The notes below the pieces were generated by a model. It worked only from the letters and a program-made list of their open reading frames with translations, made no database searches and was not told the origin of the DNA. Source: a virus (Duplodnaviria; Caudoviricetes). From it: a stretch of DNA of 63,494 nucleotides. The translations under genes and the position numbers were made by a program. How positions within the stretch are numbered: the first letter of the stretch is position 1; each line of letters opens with the position of its first letter. This document shows, piece by piece, positions 17,367 through 26,261 of this stretch. The stretch is taken from positions 1 to 63,494 of IMG/VR virus record IMGVR_UViG_3300018422_000004; one strand, given 5' to 3'.

Positions 17367-17819
17367 TCAGTGACCACATGGTGGTGTTTCCTGGCGAACG
17401 GGCGGTCTGATATCGGCGCGGGTCACGAGCCATCGACCGCCGGGTGGGACGAGTACCTCAAGGAACTCCGCACCAACGATTGTTCCGTCAGTGTCGTAAT
17501 CGATGTTCACTTCACCGGGTATCGCTTCCACGGTGCGCGCCACGGGTTTGTTGGTGATGGTGAGGTAGACCGCGTTGGCGTCGGGGTCGCTATTCACTTG
17601 TGGTCGTAGCACGACGGCCCGCAGGAAACACGCGGGGCAGGGCAGCACCGGATGTGTGTCGGATTCCGGTTCGTGCGGGATGAACAGTGGCTTGTGGTAC
17701 GGCTCACCGAATTGTTTAGTGGCCGCGTCGTGGATGGTGATACCACCGAGGTCACGGCACAACCAACACGGGTCACGCGGTGGCATGGTGGCTTCGCCTA
17801 AGGCGCTAACGCTGCTCAC
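17367..17819 (-). CDS. Zn-finger + DUF2283-like protein
   Basis: CWLC...CPAC then DPDANAVYLTI...VNIDYDTDGTIVGAEFL. Confidence 0.55.
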   Translation of the reverse strand: MSSVSALGEATMPPRDPCWLCRDLGGITIHDAATKQFGEPYHKPLFIPHEPESDTHPVLPCPACFLRAVVLRPQVNSDPDANAVYLTITNKPVARTVEAIPGEVNIDYDTDGTIVGAEFLEVLVPPGGRWLVTRADIRPPVRQETPPCGH

Positions 17820-18349
17820 AATGATTCTTCCTTCACGTGCCGCTTGGCTTTACGCAACTGCGCGCTCCGGGCCAATCTCCTCGCCTCGACGGTGGTGGGT
17901 TTCCGGAGGCTCAACTCACCCGAAACTGAGCTGAGCGCGAAAAAGGACGGCTTGGAGCACCTAGCGCAAACAGACACGGCACCCACGTGGGGCTTGCCGT
18001 TGTCACCATCGATGGACTCGGAGTTGACGATCATACATTCGCAGTGAGGACAGCGGAGGACGTCTTTGGTGTCATCATCCTGAGCCTTACTGACGGGAAT
18101 TGCCGCCTCTAGGCGCCTGAGGTGTGCTTCCGCTTCGGCGACTCTGGCGTGGACTTCTTGTACCGCCGCCGCTTGGGTCTGAATGAACCGCTGGCCCTCC
18201 GCTATCGCGGCCCTGAGGCCCGCTGCGGCCTCGATCAGGCCCTGTGTTGCTTCGTGAGATTCCCGGGTCGCAGCTCTGCACTCCGCGGCGGCGTCCAGTG
18301 CCCGTTCGGTCGGGTCGGTGGGCTGGCCTTTACGTTTGGCCATTGACAT
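17816..18349 (-). CDS. coiled-coil + Zn ribbon protein
   Basis: CPHC...CARC. Confidence 0.6.
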   Translation of the reverse strand: MSMAKRKGQPTDPTERALDAAAECRAATRESHEATQGLIEAAAGLRAAIAEGQRFIQTQAAAVQEVHARVAEAEAHLRRLEAAIPVSKAQDDDTKDVLRCPHCECMIVNSESIDGDNGKPHVGAVSVCARCSKPSFFALSSVSGELSLRKPTTVEARRLARSAQLRKAKRHVKEESL

Positions 18350-18578
18350 GGCGTGTCAGGTTTTCACTGCGAGTCGCGCGGCCCGTTTTTGAGTCACATG
18401 CTTGACGCCTTCAGCGGCGGCGGTCTTCTCGTCTTGGTGTCTGGTGAGGCTGATCCACCCGCATCCCTCTTTGAGGCACCTGACGGCGTAGTAGGCTGGG
18501 CCGCCCGCGAGGTTGTGGCGGGTCGCTTTCCATTTGTGGAACGGGGTGACCAGGTAGGTACGCCGCTGGTCCGGCCTG

Positions 18579-19088
18579 TCACTTGTTGTCACGTTTCGTT
18601 TCCCCCGCTTCGGCGTCAGCAAGAACAAGTAGCGTTTTCAGTAGCTGTTGAGCCAGGTCCGGTGGTATCTCGACTTCTGTGGTTTCCATGTGTTTTTGCG
18701 GTCGGAAGCCCGGGTGTCGCTCGATCATGCGTTTCGCTACCCGATGGAACGATTCTTCAAGTTCCTTGGCGTACTTAGGGAACAGCTGCTCTATCTCAGT
18801 ATTGAGCCGGGCCAAGGCTTCCGCTGCGTCGGCGCGAATCATTCGCGTCAACTCGTCGATAACCCACTGCTGGAGGTCCCGCCTAGCGTCGCGGAATGCT
18901 TGCGCGGTCTCGTCGCTGGCGAACCACTGCTTCATCGCAGCGAAGTCAGTGTTGAGGTCCCGCCTAGCCTCGTGTAGTAGCCGGACAGTGTCCCTGCTCT
19001 CGCTGTTCGCGGCCTCGATTTTCGCCAGTAGCTGCTCCCCGGCCTCGGCCGAGGCTAATGGCGGCGGGTGTCCTCGCCCCCGTTTCAT
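18579..19088 (-). CDS. coiled-coil hypothetical protein
   Basis: 169 aa; ATGA coupling. Confidence 0.6.
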   Translation of the reverse strand: MKRGRGHPPPLASAEAGEQLLAKIEAANSESRDTVRLLHEARRDLNTDFAAMKQWFASDETAQAFRDARRDLQQWVIDELTRMIRADAAEALARLNTEIEQLFPKYAKELEESFHRVAKRMIERHPGFRPQKHMETTEVEIPPDLAQQLLKTLLVLADAEAGETKRDNK

Positions 19089-19744
19089 TTGGCCTCACTG
19101 TCTGATTGACCCCACGCTGCAACGTGATTCAACGATTGGTCTGTGCCTCGTGACACAAGCCATTCAGGGCGGAGCAACTCATGCGGCCTCTGCATAATTC
19201 GCTTGTCCGCGTGGGTACTGTCATGGCCGATATGAATATACGTGCTCACCCTTTCGGCGAGTTTAATCTCGTCTACGCCCTCGGCGGAGCCGTACTGATC
19301 TCCGGACTGCCATCGTTGCGTGACCCATGCGCCGATAACGACATCAGGCTTGAAGCGAGACACTGCTTGATTGGCTTCGAACTGGTGCACGTCAGGTCCC
19401 GGTTTGCACGGCGCCTGTCTCATCAGCTCGTAGTAAGCAATGATCTCAGGCTTGGTGTGCAGGTATGAATCGGTGCTAGCGATTCCAAGCTCCCGACCGA
19501 GGACACCGTTACCGGCGCATATCTCGATGGCCTTACGTCCCGCTATCCGTTCAGATAGCCAATTGAGTAGCTCCTCAGTGGGGAACTGGTACACGCCTCG
19601 CTTCACACACCATACCTGCAAGTCAGTATGTGGGAATTCTTGCAGCTTCCACGCTGGCACGACGTTGAGCTGTCCATCCGGGCGAAGCATCAAGGCGTCT
19701 ATCGGCCGAATGTCGGCATCGGGTATTAGGTGAAAGCCGCGCAT
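19085..19744 (-). CDS. class I SAM-methyltransferase-like protein
   Basis: AIEICAGNGVLG motif I; PDVVIGAW. Confidence 0.55.
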   Translation of the reverse strand: MRGFHLIPDADIRPIDALMLRPDGQLNVVPAWKLQEFPHTDLQVWCVKRGVYQFPTEELLNWLSERIAGRKAIEICAGNGVLGRELGIASTDSYLHTKPEIIAYYELMRQAPCKPGPDVHQFEANQAVSRFKPDVVIGAWVTQRWQSGDQYGSAEGVDEIKLAERVSTYIHIGHDSTHADKRIMQRPHELLRPEWLVSRGTDQSLNHVAAWGQSDSEAK

Positions 19745-19751
19745 TTCCGGG

Positions 19752-20381
19752 TCAGCCGCTGAATGCGGGAACCTTGGCGGGCGCCGGCTGCGTGTCTTGC
19801 TGCGGGGCCTCCTGTGCCTTCTGCTTTGCCATATCCGCTAGCCACAGGTCTTTGGCCCACTGGGGGACGGACCCGGTTTCCTTGATGACCCGCACCTGGC
19901 CGTTGACGTTGAACGTCCTACCCTTGCCCCACTCGCGGACGCGCCGCGACATCAGTGCGTTTTGTTCGGGCGTTAGCTTTGGCGGCGCGGTAGTTACCAT
20001 CGGTGCCGTGGTGGTAGTGGGTACCGTCTCTGATGGTGTCACGGTGGTGGTGGTGGTGGTTGTCTCCGGCATCGGTGCGCGCTCGGGTTCGGGTTCGGGC
20101 GCTACCGGGGTGGTGGCTGTCTTCGGTTTCGCGGTGGTGACGCGCGCCTTGCCGCTGGCCTGCTTGCCGCCAGCTTGCACCCTCACGTTGCCGCCGCTGC
20201 TCACTTTGCGGGCTGCCGCCACAAACCCAGCCATTTTCTCGTGGAGCTGCTGGTGATTGGTGTCGGACAGGTCGATCTCGTAGTTCACACCATCGAGTGC
20301 GATTTCCACCGGCCCGCTGTAGGTGTGGATCTTGCTTCCGTCTAGGTCGTCGTAGGCGGCGACTGTTTCCTTCGTGGCCAT
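19752..20381 (-). CDS. lsr2: Lsr2 family nucleoid-associated protein with long Pro/Thr linker
   Basis: DDLDG...ALDGVNYEIDLS.....L...FVAAARKV dimerisation domain; C-terminal VREW...G.VP domain. Confidence 0.85.
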   Translation of the reverse strand: MATKETVAAYDDLDGSKIHTYSGPVEIALDGVNYEIDLSDTNHQQLHEKMAGFVAAARKVSSGGNVRVQAGGKQASGKARVTTAKPKTATTPVAPEPEPERAPMPETTTTTTTVTPSETVPTTTTAPMVTTAPPKLTPEQNALMSRRVREWGKGRTFNVNGQVRVIKETGSVPQWAKDLWLADMAKQKAQEAPQQDTQPAPAKVPAFSG

Positions 20382-20601
20382 GATGCTCTGGTCCTTCCGG
20401 GATTGTCCGAATTGCAGCCGCGTGCGATGGGAGGAGGGGGTCCCGGGCGGCTGGTGACTTCGAGGGAGCGCGCCTGAACCCACCCGGCGCGCTGTGGTGG
20501 TCACGCGCGATTTTCTACCGAAAACGGGTGGTGTGTGTCAACTTTTGACGCGCCGTGGTGGTAGGTGAGACCGGGTTGAGTGACGGACGCCGACGGGGAG
20601 G

Positions 20602-21075
20602 TCAGGCCTCGCCCATGCATGAGCACGACGAGCGGCCATGGCGCCAGGTGCATTGGAGGCCAACAGGATGCGGCTCGTGGCCCCGCTTCCGCGCACAACG
20701 GCAGCCACCCGGGATCGGTAACGGTGCGACGGGAACAGGTGGCGGCTCAGGCGCCGGTGGCAGGACAGTGGCACCAGGCTCGCGCTTCACCCACACACCC
20801 ACAGCCCGCAGCTGGTCCCGGCGAACACGGTTAGGCGCAGGCGCCTCAATGTCATGCCGGTCACCAACGACGATCCCCAGCTGTGCGCAGCACTGTCGGC
20901 AAGCCTGCTGCGCCTGCATCGGAAGCACCGCGACAGCGACACCGCTACCACCAAACAGCCCGGTCTGCGGGGCGAATTCCCGGCCGCATCGAGCGTGCAC
21001 CGCACCCTGTTCGAGTCGCCCAAAGTGGGTGCCTTCACGACTAGCGGACGCCAGGTACCAATCCTCATCCGACAC
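20602..21075 (-). CDS. Zn-finger paralog A
   Basis: WY...TH...HARCG...CRQC. Confidence 0.55.
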   Translation of the reverse strand: MSDEDWYLASASREGTHFGRLEQGAVHARCGREFAPQTGLFGGSGVAVAVLPMQAQQACRQCCAQLGIVVGDRHDIEAPAPNRVRRDQLRAVGVWVKREPGATVLPPAPEPPPVPVAPLPIPGGCRCARKRGHEPHPVGLQCTWRHGRSSCSCMGEA

Positions 21076-21093
21076 AGGTTGGCCGATTACCTT

Positions 21094-21345
21094 CTATTTG
21101 TTGGTTGCGAAATCGTCGAACTCGCCCGCCGCAACGCTCTGCATGAACGCGGTCATTTCGGCGTGGGTGAAGATCAGTGCAGGTCCACCGGGCTGCCGAG
21201 AATTACGTAGGGCGACCTCGCCATTTGCCAGTCTCGCCAACTCCACACACTCCCCGTTGGGATTACTCAACCTGCTCTTTACCCACATGGCTCCTCGTTC
21301 CGCGTGAAGGGGGCTTCGGCGTAGTTCCCGCTCAGCGTGATTCAT
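21094..21345 (-). CDS. DUF397 protein
   Basis: WVKSRLS...ECVELA...VALRNS..P.GPALIFT..E..AF...GEFD. Confidence 0.9.
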   Translation of the reverse strand: MNHAERELRRSPLHAERGAMWVKSRLSNPNGECVELARLANGEVALRNSRQPGGPALIFTHAEMTAFMQSVAAGEFDDFATNK

Positions 21346-21601
21346 CGAGTGCGCGCTGAGCGGCTTCGAATTGCAGGGCGGCGCAGTCCGTGCACGGCTT
21401 CCCGGTGGGCCCGTCGGACAGCGCAGTGACCACCATCAACAGGTGCCCGCACCGCGCCCTATAGACCCCCACGGGGTGGTCGGCTCCTTCGTCAATGGCA
21501 TGGGCGCGCCAATCCAGCACGCTTAGTCCCCACTTGATACGCACTGTCGAGGTGGTGGCCGTCACCGCAGCGCTCTCCTCTGGGTCGGGACCGGCACGCA
21601 C
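21332..21601 (-). CDS. Zn-finger paralog B
   Basis: W...AH...YRARCGH...CTDC. Confidence 0.6.
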   Translation of the reverse strand: MRAGPDPEESAAVTATTSTVRIKWGLSVLDWRAHAIDEGADHPVGVYRARCGHLLMVVTALSDGPTGKPCTDCAALQFEAAQRALDESR

Positions 21602-21689
21602 AACCGGCAGTAGCGGGCCTTACGTGCGACCAGCGCCGCAGGCAGCACGTCCTCCTGCACCCACAACTTCGGTGGTAGCGGCATGGGTG

Positions 21690-21899
21690 TCACTGCGGGA
21701 TCCGAGCGATTGTCCAGCACTCCGGGCACCGCTCCGGGTCTGTCAACTCGCTCGCTGGCTTGCGGCTTTGGGGTAAGAACTGGGTGCCGCAGGAGGTGTG
21801 CGCGGTGCCCTGGTGGGTTCCACCGAGGTGGAAGATGCCCGTAGCTGGGTGCTGGTACCACGGTGCTGGGGCTGAGGGCGCTGGCTCTATCGCCGCCAT
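21690..21899 (-). CDS. Zn-finger paralog C
   Basis: WY...FH...HTSCG...CPEC; GAGG RBS. Confidence 0.6.
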   Translation of the reverse strand: MAAIEPAPSAPAPWYQHPATGIFHLGGTHQGTAHTSCGTQFLPQSRKPASELTDPERCPECWTIARIPQ

Positions 21900-21914
21900 G
21901 GTTTCCTCGATCCG

Positions 21915-22097
21915 TTACGTCGGAATAACGATCCAGAGCATGAAAATCGGCAAGTTGTACAACGCAAGAATGCTTAGTCTTGGGACAAGCGCCGCCAGCC
22001 TTGGCGCTCTCAAGATGAGAGAAACCGACAACAGTAGAAGGTCTGTAACCGGTAGTAGCGCTAACGCAATCCAGTGACAAACCATGATAGTTACCAT
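21915..22097 (-). CDS. small hydrophobic peptide (lower GC)
   Basis: 60 aa, Leu/Ile-rich. Confidence 0.4.
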   Translation of the reverse strand: MVTIMVCHWIALALLPVTDLLLLSVSLILRAPRLAALVPRLSILALYNLPIFMLWIVIPT

Positions 22098-22100
22098 CTT

Positions 22101-22346
22101 TTACTTCATTCCCAAATCGACACAGGTCCGACACGTTCCGGTCCCGGGGTCGGTCATGCCAGCGGTGAGTACGTCGGCACCACACAACGCGATATAGCGG
22201 CCACCACCTTTGCGCCCCGCCGCAGCGGCGTCGAGTGTCAGGTAATGCGTGAGAGTGGTGCGCAAATCAACCCAGGCAACGATCCGCGGTCGTGGGGTGA
22301 GCCGCGTGCTGCGGTGCTTACGGTGCCTGCCCACTAGCGCCCTCAT
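22101..22346 (-). CDS. Zn-finger paralog D
   Basis: WV...TH...YIALCG...CRTC. Confidence 0.6.
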   Translation of the reverse strand: MRALVGRHRKHRSTRLTPRPRIVAWVDLRTTLTHYLTLDAAAAGRKGGGRYIALCGADVLTAGMTDPGTGTCRTCVDLGMK

Positions 22347-22780
22347 TGCTGTGCCCGTGGAAGCCGACCGGCCGCCGGGACGGAAGCGGTGGTGGTGCGA
22401 CCTTCAACCAACGGCCGGTCGGCGCTTGAGGGGGGCAACGTCACATCAGGTGAAGCAGCTTGGGTGAACACCGGGGCACTGGGTTGGTAGGTGAAGCTGA
22501 CCCACACGTAATGCCCGGTCCAGCAATCGCGCTGGCGGTGGCCGACGAAACACGAGCACGAGTACTCGCCATCCGGTGTGCAATGGACTACTCGGGTGTT
22601 ACGGACCTCAAGGGTGGTCGGGTCGGGTCTGCCGATGGCACGAGCCCAGTCGCGGACCGCGCGGATCAAGGTCTCGCCAGGACTCTCACCGGGAGCGGGT
22701 GCATACCGGCACGGGCCGATGGTGATGGATTCCAGTGTGCCGGCGGCGACCGGCGCGAGGACGTCGGGGTTCATCACCAT
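22343..22780 (-). CDS. protein with SWIM-like Zn motif
   Basis: YSCSC.......CWTGH; start probably MVMNPD at ~22780. Confidence 0.4.
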   Translation of the reverse strand: MVMNPDVLAPVAAGTLESITIGPCRYAPAPGESPGETLIRAVRDWARAIGRPDPTTLEVRNTRVVHCTPDGEYSCSCFVGHRQRDCWTGHYVWVSFTYQPSAPVFTQAASPDVTLPPSSADRPLVEGRTTTASVPAAGRLPRAQQ

Positions 22781-23085
22781 CAGCTGACCGCCCGTCGCTT
22801 CGGGAGGGTTGCTTTGCGCTTCACGGGTGGGCGAGCAACGAGGCGTGTCACCGTCGCTGTGGTGGTGGGTTCCACGATGTCGACCTCGTCGGCGGTGACG
22901 CCCGGTTCCCACATCCCGCCCCATCGGTCCCAGGACACCGGGAACTTGCCGTTGGAGAACTCGGGGTTGTGGGGCATCACAGTGCCCACCACCGATTTGT
23001 CGGTTCGTTTGCACACCCGCGTGTGGAAGGGGATCGGTGGCTTGACCTCCGCGACCAGGGTCGGCAGCCCGTCTTCGTTGAGCAC
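22780..23085 (-). CDS. hypothetical protein, first gene divergent from XRE
   Basis: 101-aa ORF. Confidence 0.45.
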   Translation of the reverse strand: MLNEDGLPTLVAEVKPPIPFHTRVCKRTDKSVVGTVMPHNPEFSNGKFPVSWDRWGGMWEPGVTADEVDIVEPTTTATVTRLVARPPVKRKATLPKRRAVS

Positions 23086-23330
23086 GTGCCTGGCCCCTTC
23101 CCGTACCGGAGGTGCCGTCCGGCCCAGCCCCCAAAGGGCGTGCGAGCAACGCTAGGCCGGACGGCTGACGACGGGGAACCCCCGACGGGCCCTGCACCGT
23201 CGCCACGCGGGTGAGGTTAAAGTCACCGACCCGCACAAGCACGGTAAACTGGCAAATGCCAAAGAGTCAAGTGCCTGCGCGGCAAAGTTTTGTGCGGCAG
23301 ACTTGCCGGGTGCACACTGGAAGGACTTAC

Positions 23331-24200
23331 GTGGTCACGTCGGAGGCGTCGGTGGCAGGTAGCCCCACGGTGCGGATGCGCCAACTCGGGAAAGAGCTAC
23401 GCCTCTTGCGCGAGGCCGCCAACATCAGCGTGCGGCAAGCCGCCACGTTGCTCGGCAAGGACGAATCCGCACTGAGCAGGTGGGAGACCGGTGCTCGACG
23501 CGTCGATGTAGCCACCGTCATGGACCTCTGCGACCTCTACAAAGTAGACGACGAGCGGCGCATCAAGTACCTCGTGCAACTCGCACGGGAGGCAAACCAA
23601 CGCGGCTGGTGGGCCGAGTACGGCAAGGACGTGCCGAGCTGGCTCACCAACGCGCTCGGCATGGAAACCGTCGCCAACGAGGTGTGGATCTACCAATCCG
23701 AGTACGTACCTGGCCTGCTCCAGACTCAGCCGTACCTCCATGCGCTGGAACCCAGCAACGTTGAGGCGGCCATGAAGATGCGGGCGGCACGACAGAAACG
23801 GTTGACCGAAGACACCAACCCGGTGGTCCTGCGGGCAGTACTCAACGAGGCCGTAGTGCTGCGTACGGTGGGGGGCTCCGATGTGATGCGCCAGCAGATC
23901 CGCCACATCATTGATGCAGCACAGCGACCGAACGTCACCGTCCAGGTTTTGCCATTCGCCATCGGCCATCACCCCGCGATGACCGGGCCCTTCACGGCAT
24001 TGCGGTTCCCCGAGACGCCAGCCATCGACACCATCTACGTGGAACTGAAAGACGCTGCCGTCTACATAGAAAAACCATCTGAGGTCGACCGCTACACAAC
24101 TGACTTCGAGCGCCTAACGCAACTCGCGCTCGATGAGGAGGAAACGATCGCGTTCCTCGAACAACTAGTAGCGCGAGAGGAGGATATTGCGAATGAGTGA
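23331..24200 (+). CDS. XRE HTH + DUF5753 regulator (WhiJ/Scr1-like)
   Basis: PTVRMRQLGKELRLLRE...SRWETG...GWW...VPGLLQT..Y...R.ARQ..L...EAV..R.VGG...PNVTVQVLPF. Confidence 0.93.
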   Translation: MVTSEASVAGSPTVRMRQLGKELRLLREAANISVRQAATLLGKDESALSRWETGARRVDVATVMDLCDLYKVDDERRIKYLVQLAREANQRGWWAEYGKDVPSWLTNALGMETVANEVWIYQSEYVPGLLQTQPYLHALEPSNVEAAMKMRAARQKRLTEDTNPVVLRAVLNEAVVLRTVGGSDVMRQQIRHIIDAAQRPNVTVQVLPFAIGHHPAMTGPFTALRFPETPAIDTIYVELKDAAVYIEKPSEVDRYTTDFERLTQLALDEEETIAFLEQLVAREEDIANE

Positions 24201-24393
24201 TCAACTGCCGCTGGTGTTCAAGAAGAGTAGCCACAGTGGCAACGGCATGAACTGCGTTGAGGCCGCCCCGCTTCCAGACGGAGGCCGGGCCGTGCGGGAT
24301 TCCAAGGACCCGCACGGCCCGATCCTGCGGTTCACCGGGCCCGAGTGGACCGCGTTCCAGGCTGGCGTCCGGGACGGCGAGTTCGACAGCTAA
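24187..24393 (+). CDS. DUF397 protein (cognate of the XRE)
   Basis: FKKSSHS...NCVEAA...AVRDSKDP.GP.LRF...W.AF..GVR.GEF. Confidence 0.93.
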   Translation: MRMSDQLPLVFKKSSHSGNGMNCVEAAPLPDGGRAVRDSKDPHGPILRFTGPEWTAFQAGVRDGEFDS

Positions 24394-24407
24394 CTGACTC
24401 ACCGACC

Positions 24408-24445
24408 CGACGGCCCCGCTGGTGAGCTTACTGGCGGGGCCGTCG
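24408..24445. terminator. hairpin terminator after DUF397
   Basis: CGACGGCCCCGC / GCGGGGCCGTCG. Confidence 0.6.
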
Positions 24446-24640
24446 CTCGTCTCGTCGCAGGTCACCAAGGGCGACCGTCATGATCCAACCCTCGTGCCAC
24501 CAGCCGACACCACTCGGGTACCACATACCCTCTCCCGCATCCACCCGCCATCAGGCTATGGTGGTCCTCCCGGCCGAAGGCGGCGGGGTGATCACCACCG
24601 TCACGGCGCCCGGGACTCCAAGGAAGACTGGGGGTGAGCA

Positions 24641-24847
24641 ATGGCTCAAAGCCCATGGCACGAGGCCTACGACAAGCTGAAGGCCTTCGAGGCCACCGGC
24701 GCAACCGCCGAGGATGTGATGCTCTACGCGCAAAGCCTGAGAAGGAGACTGCCGCAACCGCAGAGCCCGGAGGAACACAGGCAATACGCAGAAGTACAAG
24801 CACTAGTCAAAGCCGACGAACTCGGAGGAGTGACTCTAGGTGGATAA
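24641..24847 (+). CDS. hypothetical protein
   Basis: 68 aa, overlaps the following DUF397 gene. Confidence 0.45.
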   Translation: MAQSPWHEAYDKLKAFEATGATAEDVMLYAQSLRRRLPQPQSPEEHRQYAEVQALVKADELGGVTLGG

Positions 24848-25058
24848 ACAGGCGCTGTACCTACGCGACCTCACAGAGGTGGCGTGGCATAAGAGTTCGT
24901 TCAGCAACGACATCGAGTTTGAATGCGTCGAGGTCGCTGACCTCGGTGACGGTGCCGTGGCGCTGCGGGACTCCACCGACCACACCCGGGAGCCGTTGAG
25001 GTTCACCGCGGCCGAGTGGGCCGCATTCACCGCGGGAGTCCGCGACAACCAGTTCTGA
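24840..25058 (+). CDS. DUF397 protein
   Basis: WHKSSFS...CVEVA...VALRDS...PLRFT.AEWAAF.AGVR. Confidence 0.9.
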   Translation: MDKQALYLRDLTEVAWHKSSFSNDIEFECVEVADLGDGAVALRDSTDHTREPLRFTAAEWAAFTAGVRDNQF

Positions 25059-25472
25059 GGAACAGGATTCCGTTCACGGCATGGGTTGAACGGATACCCC
25101 CGGTGGCAAAGGTGTCCGGTGCCTGCACGTGCAAACCGGGGGCGACGGGGCAGACGCGAACCTTAACCAGGTGCGGCGTCTGCCCCGCTCGTTAGAAGTA
25201 GGTGCTACCAATCACTGCGTAGCCGACCAGCACTGTGAGCACCAGTACGACGAGCACCACCGCACCCCAGTCCTGGTGGGGATCAATGTCCATGCGGGGC
25301 CAACGCATGTACTCAAGCGTCTCACCGCAGAGGCCGTAGGCGCACTCCCCTAGTCCGGCGGCATTAGCGGCCCTACGGGTGGACGCGCCACGTTCGGCAG
25401 TGCTCACCGTTCACCGTGGCAAACCAAGAAACCAGCGGCGTCGCAACGTCGCGATGGTGCTACAGTGACGCT

Positions 25473-25655
25473 ATGATGGAACCACAAAACACGGCGAGGA
25501 CCACCATCTACCTCGACGAGGAAGTCAAGAAGCGGTTACAGCGACGAGCCGACCGACACCGGCAAAGCATGTCCGGCGCCGCCAACATCCTGCTCACCAA
25601 CGCACTCGACGCAGAAGACCAGGCGCGAGGAAAGAGTCGCACCCCGGAAGGATAA
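25473..25655 (+). CDS. ribbon-helix-helix (CopG/Arc-like) protein, probably leaderless
   Basis: RTTIYLDEEVKKRL...A....QSMS....ILL..AL; TACAGT 6 nt before ATG. Confidence 0.75.
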   Translation: MMEPQNTARTTIYLDEEVKKRLQRRADRHRQSMSGAANILLTNALDAEDQARGKSRTPEG

Positions 25656-25657
25656 CG

Positions 25658-25900
25658 ATGACCGTACACACCATCGACCAATGCCCAGACCGGCAAACCT
25701 GCGTGATACATCGGCAGGTACCACCACCGGAGATTCCGGCAGAAGCCCTCCCTCACGTGATCGCGTATCTGCGGTGGTTAGGTGATGATGAAGGGTCGCA
25801 TGGCGGGATGTTCTGCCGTTGGGATCGTAACGAAATGATCGAGCTTGCTAACGGGCTGGAGTCGATGACCAACGGCCATGTAGCCGCGAATCGAAGTTGA
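25658..25900 (+). CDS. hypothetical protein
   Basis: GAAGGA RBS. Confidence 0.45.
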   Translation: MTVHTIDQCPDRQTCVIHRQVPPPEIPAEALPHVIAYLRWLGDDEGSHGGMFCRWDRNEMIELANGLESMTNGHVAANRS

Positions 25901-25928
25901 TGCGGCGAGAGGTTAACGGTGACCGACC

Positions 25929-26177
25929 ATGAGTTACGCACGATTCGGCCTGGATGGATCAGATGTTTACATCTACGCCAACGCCAATGGCGGTATCGAC
26001 TGCTGCGGATGCATCCTCCACGACCAACTAGAACTACCCAACTTCCGCACGTTCGCAACGATCAGTGCCCACATCACCGAACACATCGAGGCCGGCCACC
26101 ACGTCCCGGACGATGTCCTCCCCGAGATACTCCACGACCGGAAGAAACTAGTTCGAGACGGGATTCTCGATGAATAG
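25929..26177 (+). CDS. phage hypothetical protein
   Basis: MSYARF..SDVY.Y....CCGC...H...H..AGH.VP. Confidence 0.65.
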   Translation: MSYARFGLDGSDVYIYANANGGIDCCGCILHDQLELPNFRTFATISAHITEHIEAGHHVPDDVLPEILHDRKKLVRDGILDE

Positions 26178-26187
26178 GAAACAGTCG

Positions 26188-26261
26188 TAGCGGGGACAGG
26201 ATTCGAACCTGCGACCTGGAGCTTATGAGGCTCCCGAGCTACCGAGCTGCTCCACCCCGCC
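26188..26261 (-). tRNA. tRNA-Met(CAU): initiator-like body, non-initiator anticodon stem
   Basis: GGCGGGGTGGAGCAGCTCGGTAGCTCG-GGAGC-CTCATAA-GCTCC-AGGTC-GCAGG-TTCGAAT-CCTGT-CCCCGCTA. Confidence 0.9.
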
